A stretch of 63,998 bases of DNA, counting the filler, from Aduncisulcus paluster (Eukaryota): assembly GCA_024181965.1 (NCBI GenBank). It is 10 parts of 10 records of this genome, joined end to end, with 100 filler letters (N's around TTAATTAATTAA, not from the genome) between each part and the next. Parts side by side here need not be neighbours in the genome. Positions count along the whole stretch, not along the records: positions 1 to 4,628 come from BQXS01010103.1; positions 4,729 to 13,097 come from BQXS01010104.1; 8 more parts are not named here. One strand, 5' to 3'. Below are positions 1 through 12,109 of the stretch, piece by piece. The position numbers were made by a program, and so were the translations under genes. A model generated the notes under the pieces. It was not told the DNA's origin. It ran no database searches and saw nothing but the letters and a program-made list of their open reading frames with translations. The first letter of the stretch is position 1; each line of letters starts with the position of its first letter.

Positions 1-49
1 GATCCAAGGGGATGTATTTTCTTCTGGATACATTTATTCTCAACCACCT

Positions 50-3000
50 TTGTTATCGCATGAACTCATTCACCACATCTCTCTTCCATTCAAAATATTA
101 TGCGATCAAGTGGAAATGCCAAGGCGTATCTCTTTTGAGCACCATTGTTTGTTACAAAAGCTTGAGCTGTGTGCTCGTGATCAGCTTCAGATCAGAACAG
201 ATCGGATGCTTCGTTTTTCATCTGATGCGCAGATTGATACTTCTGCAAACAATCTCACGCGATCTCAGAAGGAATTCATGAATGGAATTATCAACAGACA
301 TTATGGAATTTCTCACATTGGTAATGATCATCCTCCCACTGGGTTTCCTTCTACATCAGCTCCTAATCATCAAACTTCTGTTAGTTTGGAAGCTGAAACC
401 AAGCCTCAAGCCATGTTTAGTTCTGTTTCTCAAAGAGGTGCCTCCTTTTTCGATCTGTTGCAAGAGGGATATTTAGACCATTCTTATTATGGAATCTCTG
501 ATTTATTGACGATTTGGCTTTTCAATGAAGTGCAACATTTCTCATTAATCCATTATTATCTTGCATCAATGGCTCTATCCCATTCATATACTCTTCCTTT
601 TGAAGCTCATGTTGTGAAAGTAATGAATTTACAACGGTTTATCCGACTTCAGTCATGTTTGTCCGATGCAAGAAAATCTGTTTCTTTGAGTATCAAAGAT
701 CCAACTTCCTCAAATTTCGATGCCCCAGAAGGGTTTATGTACCTTTCTGCATGTTTTGATTGTGGGGCCAATCTTCTTCGAGAACATCGCCAATTGTGTG
801 GAGAAATCTCAAGGGATGTCGATACCCTCGAAAATGGAATATGGGAGAATCTTGGTGTGGCCAATTCATCAAGACATCAGAATGTTTTTGTATTAAGTGA
901 GCTTTTGTGCAGGGAAGGAATTCTTGGAGAATTCATCAATCTAAGTGTTCGTCATGAAATTGAGCAAAAAGAAAGAAAGAGAGAAGCGAAAAATACCAAA
1001 CTTATTCAGCAATATGATGGCCATTCTTCAAAATCGAGATCAGAGATGCTCCCCAATCGGAAAGGGATTATCGGAATCGGTGGAAGCATAGCTTTCCCTT
1101 TGCAAGGAGGGAAAAGGAGTATATTTTATAGTAATAGCAGTTCTACTGAAACTTCTTACACGATGGAAGGCAATGAAGAACAATGGTGGCTACAGCAGCA
1201 ATTGGATGATGAAACGGAGATAATTTCAAGAACGGGTTCTTGTGAAGGAAATAACGATAATTCATCTTCTTCAAATTGGAATGAAAGTCCCAAACTTGGA
1301 ACATCATCCGCTTCCCTACATTCATCTTTGGCCATTCAACAAACTTCAAGCAAGAAACAATTGCTTAAGATTCGTGGAAAAGATTCAAAGAGGAAAAGAA
1401 ACCCCCATTCAAACTTTTTTGTTGACCCTTTCCCAAAACATTCAATTCAATTTCCTGATCACTCAGTATTTAGCCTCCATTCTTTTCATTCCACTTTGCC
1501 AAGGCCGACCTCTGGGGTCATAGTTGTTATCTCTGTTGTTGCTCTCCTTATTATTTTCTCTTTACTATTTAAATGCCTTTTATTATATGTTGTTGTTCTG
1601 AAAAGTGTGGATTTGCAAACTTTAGTCCAAGAACGAAATGTGTTGTTATCCAAGACTTTGGCTCTTGCCCATTATGATGCAACATTGAATGAATTTGGTA
1701 TTGAGCCAAATAATATCTCCCTTCTTGTGCAACTAGCCATTTCATCACGAATATCTCATGAGAAGGTAATTGATCTGATGAATGTGATTAAATCTCTTCA
1801 TGTGGTTGAAAAGCATCCAACCGTGTATTACAGTCTGGAAAAGCTAGATATGTTGTTCCACACTGGTTTTATCGTCCCTTCCAAATCAACCCACCTCAGT
1901 CATGGAAGTCGTGTGTATGATGGCCGAATGAAGGAATCCAACAGTGGTGTTTCTGATGAACCCTTCTATTACTCTCCAACACGTGCTCCTTTCTTGAGTG
2001 TCTTTGAAGATAGAAGGAAACTCCTAACTTCTGAACAAGCATCAGCCAAATTGTCATCTGATCCAGCTTTAGTATCTTCCTCAAAAGTTGTTTCTGTGTT
2101 GAATGGACTTGTTGAAGCCACTCATCTTAAACCTGGACAAGTTGAACATCTTTCTCAGCTTTTGATTCATCATTCACTTCGCTCTTCTTTTGATCCAGGT
2201 GCACTTTCAATAGTCCAATCTCCAAGAACTTCTGTGAATGACTCATTACTGTCGAGTGGATCGAAGGAATATCACATGCATACACTCTTTCCAACCCCTC
2301 TCTCAACAAGTTCCATGTATGATCAAGCAATTCCACACCATGCACTGAAGGAATCTCTCTTGAATTTATCATCGAAGCATGATGAAGAGATTGCAAGGGT
2401 TCTCACTGGACTCATGAGTAATACATTNNNNNNNNNNNNNNNNNNNNTTTGATTCATCATTCACTTCGCTCTTCTTTTGATCCAGGTGCACTTTCAATAG
2501 TCCAATCTCCAAGAACTTCTGTGAATGACTCATTACTGTCGAGTGGATCGAAGGAATATCACATGCAGACACTCTTTCCAACCCCTCTCTCAACAAGTTC
2601 CATGTATGATCAAGCAATTCCACACCATGCACTGAAGGAATCTCTCTTGAATTTATCATCGAAGCATGATGAAGAGATTGCAAGGGTTCTCACTGGACTC
2701 ATGAGTAATACATTTTTGGAAAACCCACTCCTTGTTCGCCATCTTCTTCAGTTTGAAGGATATCTCGCAGAGGAAGTTGTTGTTGAATCTGTGATGTATC
2801 TTTATGCATGGGTTAACCTAACATTATCAATAAGTATAAATATTTGTTGTTTAACAATCCTTATTCACCTCATATTTATAACCAATTTCCAAGAAATGAT
2901 GAATAGATTCATTCATAATATCAAAGTTAAATCACCATCCTGTCTCAATGGTGTATCTGTTCTCTCCCGCATTGAGAATGAAATTTATAGTAGTTGTATT

Positions 3001-4628
3001 CTTCATAATATTCTCCCTCTTGATGCTGAATGCCAATTTGAAGTTCGCAATGGAAGTTATTTGGTGTTAAATCTCTCGTCATTGTCTGCCAGTACCGTAG
3101 AATTCATTAAAGATTGTGCACTGTGGCGAGGAAATAGGTGCGCCATTAAACTTATTGATAAAACCCAAGGAGATGAAAACAATTTGTTACGAAACCTTTT
3201 TTCAAATAGTTTCCAAAGAAACATGATCCATTCTCAGCTTCCTTTTGGAGTTAATCAAAATGCATGGATATTTGATCAGGATTCAGACAGTTATGACACC
3301 TTTGATGGTCAAGGATATCATCATTCGCAGAGAATTCCAGATTCACTTCATTATGAAATGAGTGATGTTGATGATGTTGATGATGAAGAGAGGGAAGGCA
3401 AAGAGTCAGAAAAGGAGGAGTATAGTTCAAGAAATAGTTACGATTCTTCACAATACGTCAGTGAACTTGAAACAGTTAAGGCATGGAGAAGATGGAAATT
3501 CACTGAACATGATAAAGTGGTTCGTCGCGAGAAATATGCGCAATCATTGCATTTATGCTGTTCCAAATCCGGTTCGACTTTCCAAAAAAGTCGGATGACA
3601 ATGAGACACTCTTCAAAGCAACTCTTGTCTGAGAGTGAGTTATCTGATACTCTCCAGGAATCTGAGGATTACCAACATCAGTTTAAACCTGTTGAAGTCC
3701 ACTCAACTGCTCTTGTTTTGCCCGAAAAACCAATTCAAGATGTGATATCATATCCATTTGCTGTTTTTATGGGGAACGATAAGATGTGGAGAAAACAAAT
3801 GATGAAATACTTTAAGCTTTTTCTTTTTGCAAGAATTTGTTCGATTCTCCTGTGTGTTTTTGATTGTCATTTAAATATGACAGTTATATCGTTAGTGAAT
3901 TTCTTGGCCATCCTTCTCATCGGAAATGTGAAAACTATGTCCATCATGATTCTCCAGGCATTAACATTTTCAAAGAGTGTTTATGATGTTGTCTATTTCA
4001 CTTCTCTCCACCATGATCTTCAAAGTCCTGAGGTATCTTGTTTAGAAACTCAAAACAGATTAAAAGATTTCATGGCCTTCTCTCCTGATGGTATTGCTAG
4101 TATGTTCCAACCAATATTAGATTCTTTTGCTACCATCGATGTGTATGATTCACTGTATCCTTTCATGCATCAATTACAGGAATCTTCTATTGCCTTAGTA
4201 CATGAAACTACCATTGGATTATTCTTATCAGCCCTGAATACTTTTTCATCTGATCAATCCCTTGGACATATGTGGAGAAACTCTCATGCTGTGGATCACA
4301 TTCGATACGCCTTAAATGTCATTGGGCCTTTGACGAATTATGATTTCTCTTACATTCATCCTGATCTACCTGCTTCCCTTAGGAGGTATTGTACTTCTTC
4401 TGATGAGATCAAACCGACAACTTGGGAAATCAATGAATTGTTGGAGGAGTTTTACTCATCGAATCCTCAATTTGCATATACATGTCCTATGTTAGATGCT
4501 ATCCTCAATCCAGCCTTAAAAAAGAGAAATCTTGAAAAATTCTTTCAGAACCCTGTTTTTCTCGATTCAGTAGAACAATACCGAATGGATTTATCGAGAA
4601 TAACAACTCAGATGGGTCATAAACTGTA
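50..4628 (+). CDS. Large hypothetical protein with predicted TM segments; ORFs 50..2452 and 2449..4680 are one gene split by a gap overlap; probably partial at both ends
   Basis: Long ORFs. 2161..2427 is repeated at 2448..2714 across the 20-N gap. Hydrophobic stretch VIVVISVVALLIIFSLLFKCLLLYVVVL. No family motif recognised. Confidence 0.7.
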
Positions 4629-4728
4629 NNNNNNNNNNNNNNNNNNNNNNNNNNNNNNNNNNNNNNNNNNNNTTAATTAATTAANNNNNNNNNNNNNNNN
4701 NNNNNNNNNNNNNNNNNNNNNNNNNNNN
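4629..4728. other. Artificial scaffold linker (N..TTAATTAATTAA..N); also at 13098-13197, 17240-17339, 34423-34522, 41938-42037, 45708-45807, 51273-51372, 58771-58870, 62400-62499
   Basis: Identical 100-nt spacer containing stop codons in all six frames. Confidence 0.98.
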
Positions 4729-5855
4729 GCTTCAAGGGCGAATGAATGTCTCTCCTTGTCAATGGCAGATATAGATGCGACCAATGCTCGTTTCTGTTTT
4801 TTCAGCCTCTCTTTCTTCAGATCTAAGGCAGCAAGAACATTCTCTGACATTCGAGAGAATCCTGAGGCAGAAGATGGACATGAAACCTGAATATCTTCTT
4901 CATCTTTCTCTTTCTCACCCCCAGAAAGATCTTCTCCAGATACTGTACCAGAAGGAGACGATGAAGATTTCTTCAAATCTCTCTTCTCTCTCTTCTTCCT
5001 CTCTTTCTCCCGCTCTTTCTCCTCTTTTTTGACTAGTTTCTTCAGTGTTTCCAGTCGTTGCATTTCACACTCGACACTTTTGAGCTGTTCCCTGAGTTCT
5101 TCTTCCTCGGGTCCACCAATCCAGGAAGACTTCCCTGTATATTGAGCAGAAGGGGCATATGAACGACCAAACTTCTTGTGACCAGTTTCAATGGCATCCC
5201 GACAAGCCTTTCTTTCCATCCAGGCAAGCTGAACAAGCATAGTATCAACAGACAATCGAGCACGATACATGTGGTTGCTTACATGTGAACGATATGACAC
5301 AAACGAGCTTTCAAGTTCTCTTTTCGATTGTTCCAATGTGGCTTTTTCAGCTTCCAGACGAGATATAGTCTTTTTTAGTTTTGCATTGGTATCTTGAAGT
5401 TCAGAAATACGCCCAGTCAACAATTTAACTTGACGATCATTCGAACTTGATTTAGAGGGACTGCTAAAATAGAAGTCTAGCCGTGAATCCAATGTGGTCT
5501 CTTTTTCTGAAGAGAGTGTATTATCTTCGGTCGAACTCTTCGACTTCTTACGAGATCCTTTGGATTTTTTAGAACTATCTTTGGAAGAAAAGGCATGTTT
5601 CTTTTTGATCGGTGTTTGGATACTAGTTGGGCCAACTACAGCATCAATATCATCATCAACAGATTCCCACAGAGATTCATCTGTTGACAGGAGCTGTTTC
5701 ATATTTTTAGAACTCTGATGTTCATCTAATTCCCCTTTAACTATTTCTAACTTTGTATCGCTTGTTTTCAATGATTTTTTCCGCAGTTCATGAAGATTGT
5801 GTTCGCCACTTTCATCTATCACAGTTCTTCTCTTACCAGAATCTAAATCGGGCAT
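4729..5855 (-). CDS. TLK: Tousled-like kinase, N-terminal coiled-coil region (kinase domain lies beyond the contig end)
   Basis: WMERKACRDAIETGHKKFG..SSWIGG..LREQLKSVECEMQRLETLKK and LDLKKERLKKQKRALVASISAIDKERHSFALE match the TLK pattern EKMACRDK..RLG..EQWTDG..; [30 protein letters not shown]. Confidence 0.6.
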
Positions 5856-6257
5856 AAAATTAATTTAATAATAAATGAAAATGAAGTTAAGAGAGAAAAA
5901 CTATTGAAAAGGTCCCTAGAATAGTCCAAAATATTGATAAGAGCTGTAGTAAATCTTAATCTTCCCATTTTCAAAGGTGATGTCTTTTATATTAACATAT
6001 ATTACGCTTTTCATTATTCACTGCATATTTTTATTCATAGTGCAGAAGATATTCTATTTCGGCTCAAACACCGTTTGCACGGTGTAAAATCAGTGTAGAA
6101 ACAAGTATCAAAATGAAATATATTAATAAAAATTCAATATCAGGTTATAAAACAGATTCATATTCTTATTAAGACTTATAATGAGCCTCCACTGATTCTG
6201 GATCTCAGTGTGGGTATTTCAAGGCTTCAAAACGCTTGTACACATAATTTAAAAAGT

Positions 6258-6276
6258 ATATATATATATATATATA
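6258..6276. repeat. (TA)n microsatellite
   Basis: TATATATA... run in the divergent intergenic region. Confidence 0.85.
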
Positions 6277-6366
6277 TTTATTGAAAATGATTAATAGGCG
6301 TTGAGATAGACAAAATCGAGCTTCCAGAAAATCTAAAAAAAAATAACCGGTTTGGAGAATGAATCA

Positions 6367-9030
6367 ATGGAAGACTCTTATAATTTAACGGAAGAGGATT
6401 TCACTGAAGATAGTTATATTGTTCCAACTGAAGAAAAAGTGCCCGCCAAGTGTTCCCCATGTGTTATTGTACTTGCAGTCTTTGCACTTGTCATATTCGC
6501 GGCTGGAATAGCTTGCCTTTGTATATTTTTGCCAATGATCTTTGATAAGGGGAATGACTATGATATTACAAGTCCCCTTTTTGATGATATTATTAATGGT
6601 GAATATTCCAAACAATTTACTTCAAATTTCACATTTGTAAATGATTCTCCTCAAAATTTCATATTTTTACAGAATAGTCTTATTCAATTTGGTGAAATAG
6701 AAGCCGACAATTCTATTGTTATCTCAAATTATTCAATTCCCACATATTTTATCTATAGTTCAACTCCACAACAAGTTAGTTATTTTGAAGTGGATGATTC
6801 TGGATCTTTTTTATTATTATTTACAAACAAGACGAAAAGATATCGTCATTCCGGCTATTATAATCTTTTTATCACCCCCTCTCCAGTTTCGAGCGAATCC
6901 AACGAAAATTCATATCTTCGAATCACCTCTAAGTCAGTTACAAATGCGAGTTTTATCCAAATCGATAATGCTCTTGTGGTTATGTATGTGGCCAATAACA
7001 ACGTTTTTGCCCGAACAATTGCCATTGATGGGGTTATTTTGACCAATGACACCATCGGAACTGAGCTTCAGATCACCGATTCAGGTTCTGATGTTATATT
7101 TAACGGTGTTGCTGACTGGTTAATGGAGGAAGAAATTCTATCTCAAACTTCCACCTTATTCGCTCAACCTGCTCCTTCAAATAAGTCCCCACCTGATGCT
7201 TTGTCATCATCTCTCTGTGCTTCTGGTGGATGTTTTGTTTTTCTCACTCTCGATGATACCGATGTTATCGAATATTCTTGGGATACCTATTCGATCGCTG
7301 ATTCGTATCCCGTCCAAGTTTCCATTCCTTACCCGAAAGCTGGATCCTTTATTCCATCTTTTACAATCAATCTCGGGCATCTCTCTCTTGATGAGGATGG
7401 AACAACTCTTGTCCTTCTTTCTGGGACTATCTCGACTCCCACCCCCAATGTATCTGAGTCTGAACAGTTTACATACGTGTCCCGTGTTATTTGGGGCACT
7501 GGAGGTGAGCTATATATCCGATTCATGTCTCGAGAGCAACGAATCGATGGTCTTTATGTTTCTATTTTGGGAACAAACCTTCTCAAGACTGAGATAACGA
7601 ACGATTTATACGAGGTTTATACACAGGAGGTATCTGAGGCATATTGGATCCCTATACATAACTCTTTAACTCCTCTCGATGCACTGAATAATACCTTTAG
7701 GACTCTTGATCTTGTATATCCCTCCAGTGCTGAATTTGAAGCTGTTGTGTTGTATTCTCTTCCCATTCCATCTGATTCTGAGCCCACGACGACATCTCTG
7801 ACCGTGGTTGATCAGCATTCCAACTTTGGCATTGTTCAGATAATTGGGGTTCAACAAGATGGAACTGTGCTTGTAATGGACACGAGAAATGATTCAAGCG
7901 AACGTAGTCTGAGTTATACAACTATCGATGGCATTTCTGCCAGTGTCGAATGCACACCGTCTTTCCTTTCAAGCTCATTCATTTCCACTCCACTGTTGTC
8001 GAGCGATGCATCATATCTGTACATTCGAAATGAAGGACCCAATCTACCCTTCGATTCTGTTATGATTCGAGACAATATTACAGGTGTCTGGACTCTTGTT
8101 GATTACCTCGTTGTCAACTCAACGTTTGGCGACAAGATGTCAGCTATATCCAAACCTTCGATTCAGTATGTTTCCATTCCAGCATCTCCAAGTACAATTG
8201 CACCATCACACGTTTCTGATACAGCTACCTCTGCAACACGAGCCATGATCTGGTATCCTCCGTTTTTCTCTGAGAAAGTTGAGGACGGAGTTAAATTCCC
8301 ATGTGTTATTTACCAATACAGTGGACCAAGATCACAGAAAGTCACTAAAAAATACCCATCCATCGATTGGTTGTATTACATGGCCATCAATGGAACTGTG
8401 ATTGTGACCATTGATGTGGCTGGGACAGGATTCCGTGGAAGGTCGTATGAATCACAAGTTCGACTCCGCTTGGGTGAACAGGAATCGTCAGATGTTGTGA
8501 CAGCGGCTGAATGGATTTCATTACAAGAATGGAGTGGTAAACTTGCTGTGTATGGATGGAGTTATGGAGGCTTTGTCAGTGGGATGAGTGCAATTAACGC
8601 CTCTGTGAACACTTCGGATGAATCTTTGCCCGTATTTTCTGCTGCCATCTCTGTTGCACCCGTGACAGACTGGAAATGGTACGACGCTGCCTACACAGAA
8701 CGATACATGTCCCTGCCTAATCTCAATGAAACTGGGTATAACGTTGCATCCGTCGTCCGAAGTTGTTCTGAGCTTGATGGAAAGAACATTAAGTATCTTC
8801 TTATTCATGGAAGTGCAGATGACAATGTGCATCTTCAAAATAGCATGAATTTATTGCTTCAATTAGTTGCCTACAATATCCAGGTAGATTTTTTCACATA
8901 TGTCAATACCGATCACAGTATAAACACGTATCATGCGCCTTGCCATCTTTACGCAAAGATGATCAACTTCTTGAGAGGCAATATTAACGTACAATTTGAT
9001 GAGAGTGATGTCTTGGCCTGCTCAAGTTGA
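6367..9030 (+). CDS. DPP4: Dipeptidyl peptidase IV-like type II membrane serine peptidase (family S9B)
   Basis: N-terminal TM anchor; KRYRHS; NGVADWLMEEEIL; YPKAG; catalytic GWSYGG, HGSADDNVH and DH. First ATG in frame is at 6367. Confidence 0.92.
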   Translation: MEDSYNLTEEDFTEDSYIVPTEEKVPAKCSPCVIVLAVFALVIFAAGIACLCIFLPMIFDKGNDYDITSPLFDDIINGEYSKQFTSNFTFVNDSPQNFIFLQNSLIQFGEIEADNSIVISNYSIPTYFIYSSTPQQVSYFEVDDSGSFLLLFTNKTKRYRHSGYYNLFITPSPVSSESNENSYLRITSKSVTNASFIQIDNALVVMYVANNNVFARTIAIDGVILTNDTIGTELQITDSGSDVIFNGVADWLMEEEILSQTSTLFAQPAPSNKSPPDALSSSLCASGGCFVFLTLDDTDVIEYSWDTYSIADSYPVQVSIPYPKAGSFIPSFTINLGHLSLDEDGTTLVLLSGTISTPTPNVSESEQFTYVSRVIWGTGGELYIRFMSREQRIDGLYVSILGTNLLKTEITNDLYEVYTQEVSEAYWIPIHNSLTPLDALNNTFRTLDLVYPSSAEFEAVVLYSLPIPSDSEPTTTSLTVVDQHSNFGIVQIIGVQQDGTVLVMDTRNDSSERSLSYTTIDGISASVECTPSFLSSSFISTPLLSSDASYLYIRNEGPNLPFDSVMIRDNITGVWTLVDYLVVNSTFGDKMSAISKPSIQYVSIPASPSTIAPSHVSDTATSATRAMIWYPPFFSEKVEDGVKFPCVIYQYSGPRSQKVTKKYPSIDWLYYMAINGTVIVTIDVAGTGFRGRSYESQVRLRLGEQESSDVVTAAEWISLQEWSGKLAVYGWSYGGFVSGMSAINASVNTSDESLPVFSAAISVAPVTDWKWYDAAYTERYMSLPNLNETGYNVASVVRSCSELDGKNIKYLLIHGSADDNVHLQNSMNLLLQLVAYNIQVDFFTYVNTDHSINTYHAPCHLYAKMINFLRGNINVQFDESDVLACSS

Positions 9031-9052
9031 TGTCTTGGCCTGCTCAAGTTGA
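9006..9052 (+). repeat. 22-bp tandem direct repeat spanning the DPP4 stop codon
   Basis: TGATGTCTTGGCCTGCTCAAGT x2 plus TGA. Confidence 0.9.
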
Positions 9053-9968
9053 ACAAATAATGTTCCACAGAACCTTGAAAAACCAGGATTGCTTTGTAAA
9101 GGATGTCACTATACTCGATTGTATAGTATAGTACAAAGCTGCGATTGGATTGTACACTCTGGGATTTCCTCTCTCTTTTCTTGTTCGAAACAACACAAAA
9201 CTCTATTGTCGTTTATTTATTTACTCTGATTCCTGTGGATTACACTTTTCTATACTCCCAAGACCACTTGAAAATTGAGAGAAGAACAGGATTTGTTTGT
9301 CTTGAAAAGAATAGTACAGAACAATATTCTATTTCGAGAATAACTGAGAAAATTGAGCGCCCAGTTTATACACTGATAGAATACTAACTACTGGACTTAG
9401 TACAGTATATAGTATAGAATATCTTCTTCTTCACCTGGTGCTTCAGGAAGTAGTCAAGGATCGGACAATGAGGAGCAACAGGAAGATCGTGTCCATATTG
9501 TGTTTACTTGCTTATCTGAAGGGTCTGTTCCAAAAGAATGGGTGAAATTATTGCCTCAACCACCTGTTGTTGGGCAAGGAGATACATCTGTTCCGTTTCA
9601 TGTGCCTGTTTTATCTCCAGCCTCATTTATTATTCATCCTCTTGGATTGTTCGATAGAATCTGACATGTCTACATCAAATTCATGCTTTATTTTTCTCCA
9701 GGCGGAGTTTGAAGCAAATTAATAAAATCGATGGGAAGGATAATCTGTAAAATTCCACGAAATACAAAATCTTGTCGAATAAATCACGGAAAATGTTCCC
9801 AAGTTATTGCAAAAAGAGATTTTTGTGTTTTTGGATAATCACCGTTTTTCTATCTGATAAATATTTAAATATAAATTTTGAATTATTTATTTTGCAATTT
9901 TATGCCTGAAAATTACAGTCTGGTCAGGAATCTAGATTCTATTGTTCATTTTTCATTTCTTGGCTACA

Positions 9969-11279
9969 ATGGAAGAAATTTTGATGGATCATAGGCCAGG
10001 AAACACTGAAAAATATGGGAAAGCACTATATAAAGCAGCCCTGGAGTTTCAAAAGGAAAGAAAAGAGCTTTATGAAGCAGAGAAGAAGAAAAAAGAAGAA
10101 GAATATAAGAAATATTCTTTCAAACCTGATATTATAGTCTGTGAATGTACCCGTGGGAGAAAACCATCAGCAGTTTTTGATAAATTATACCAATCAGCTC
10201 TCGAAGTTCGAGCTGAACAGGAACAAACAAGGAAAGAAGCAGAAGAAAAAAGACTTGCTTCTTATTCATTTCGGCCTAATTTAGAAACTTCTAAGAAAAG
10301 TGAAAAGGGTCAGAGTCAGAAAAAACGACAGGTTTCAAAAATTGCTCGTAGGGTTGAAATTAAGCGTCAAAGAATGCGAGAAAAGAAACTCGGGGTGTTT
10401 TCTGCTCTATATGACGATGCTACAAGGAGACATATGAGACAAGCTGAATATCATTATTGGTTTCCTGAAGATTACACTTTCCACCCCGATTTATCAAAGT
10501 CTTTTTCCACAAATTCGCGTTATAAACCATCCAAAAAGGTTGCTTCTACCCCTCCAAGCGAATTAAGACGTCGAGAAATGGTTGATAGAGCTTCTATTCC
10601 CAGAAGCCTTGACGATGCCTTTGATGGCCGTGAAATGACAAAATCAGAACTTTTAGGATCGAAAGGTGGTCCATCATCCGGTAAAAAGAAGTCAAACCGG
10701 ACTGAGGGCATTGAAGATCTTATGAGTCCTGAGTTGCATGATCAAGGCAGAATCTCCTCAAGAAGACACCCAAAGACTCAACCTCTCCCTCGTCCTTCAT
10801 CATACATTTCCTCCTCGATTGGTACTATTGGATCTATGTCTGGATCCCAAGGGCCTGTGTCTCGAAGCAGAGGTATCGGTGGTCCAGTTGAATCATCCAC
10901 GAACACTGGGCTTTCCCTGTCTTCCTCGACGAAACCACGCCGACAATCTGCCCTCTCTTCCTCCTATGCCAAGACAAGTTCTGATTCTAGTTCTCCTTAT
11001 ATCGTTACTCCGGCGAACTTAACCTCAAGCTACCACGACCCGACATCATGTCTTCTTGCGTATGAAAAAGACAGTGAAACCATGGGAGGAAGTATATTCG
11101 ACATGTTAGACGATGATAAAGATGGAATTTTATACGAAGATGATGTGAAGAACAAAATGACAAAGTTATCATTTCCCGATGATAAAACGAAAGAAAAAGA
11201 AAAGGCCGTCAGTATCCTTTCAGAAACAAAATATCCACTTCTTAGGCCTCAATTTTTGAAGGAACTAAGCAAGAAATGA
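9969..11279 (+). CDS. Hypothetical protein with three LY..A..(Y)xFxP repeats and a C-terminal EF-hand-like loop; possibly cytoskeletal
   Basis: YSFKPDI, YSFRPNL and YTFHPDL, each preceded by LYxxA; FDMLDDDKDGILYEDDV. Confidence 0.6.
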   Translation: MEEILMDHRPGNTEKYGKALYKAALEFQKERKELYEAEKKKKEEEYKKYSFKPDIIVCECTRGRKPSAVFDKLYQSALEVRAEQEQTRKEAEEKRLASYSFRPNLETSKKSEKGQSQKKRQVSKIARRVEIKRQRMREKKLGVFSALYDDATRRHMRQAEYHYWFPEDYTFHPDLSKSFSTNSRYKPSKKVASTPPSELRRREMVDRASIPRSLDDAFDGREMTKSELLGSKGGPSSGKKKSNRTEGIEDLMSPELHDQGRISSRRHPKTQPLPRPSSYISSSIGTIGSMSGSQGPVSRSRGIGGPVESSTNTGLSLSSSTKPRRQSALSSSYAKTSSDSSSPYIVTPANLTSSYHDPTSCLLAYEKDSETMGGSIFDMLDDDKDGILYEDDVKNKMTKLSFPDDKTKEKEKAVSILSETKYPLLRPQFLKELSKK

Positions 11280-12109
11280 ATGTCACATTTTTTACACGGT
11301 GATAAAATGATCATATGTCATGTTACATGACTCATGTATGTACTGTACGATTGTAATTCCGAATTATATTATAAAATTTATTGATGATCAATAATTGGTC
11401 AAAGTAATTCTTCCAAAGACAAATAAATTTGATGAACGAATTCAATTTGCCCAACATGGAAGATCCTCATACATGTACAGCATCCGCCACAATAACTCTC
11501 GTTGAACGAGCCGTTCGACTGTCGAATCGACATCTTGCATTCTTGCTGTTCTCCACAATTTCTCCCCAAGAGATCTCCCTTCTTCTTCTTCTGGGAGGGT
11601 GGGGATTTGATGAAAGAATCTTTCTGAAAGATGTTAAACTACTAGTTTAGAATAGTATTCTTCATGAGAAAGGATTCAAAAACAAGATTTCTGGATATCC
11701 GATATCTATTCCCGCCGGGAAACCGGCGGTTNNNNNNNNNNNNNNNNNNNNACTCTCGTTGAACGAGCCGTTCGACTGTCGAATCGACATCTTGCATTCT
11801 TGCTGTTCTCCACAATTTCTCCCCAAGAGATCTCCCTTCTTCTTCTTCTGGGAGGGTGGGGATTTGATGAAAGAATCTTTCTGAAAGATGTTAAACTACT
11901 AGTTTAGAATAGTATTCTTCATGAGAAAGGATTCAAAAACAAGATTTCTGGATATCCGATATCTATTCCCGCCGGGAAACCGGCGGTTTACATATCCTCA
12001 GAGCAAACGGGAAATCACAATTGGTGAAATATTTATTCCTGTGTTCGTCCGATGGGAAAAGAAGGAGTCATATCGGATACGATATCTTTTCCAATAATCA
12101 GAAATTGAA

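Noticed and set aside
2161-2714. Direct repeats flanking the 20-N gaps (also near 11.7, 27.2, 37.0, 38.4, 47.1 and 55.9 kb)
   Set aside because: Unmerged contig overlaps; the copies differ only by rare SNPs or homopolymer length
4629-4728. Recurrent TTAATTAATTAA palindrome within N runs
   Set aside because: Synthetic contig-joining spacer, not biological; adjacency across it carries no information
9006-9052. CRISPR-like repeat
   Set aside because: Only two abutting copies with no spacer, in a eukaryotic context
11430-11627. U3 or C/D snoRNA suggested by TGATGA and CTGA boxes
   Set aside because: No U3 box A/A' and no recognisable rRNA guide; kept only as an unassigned structured region
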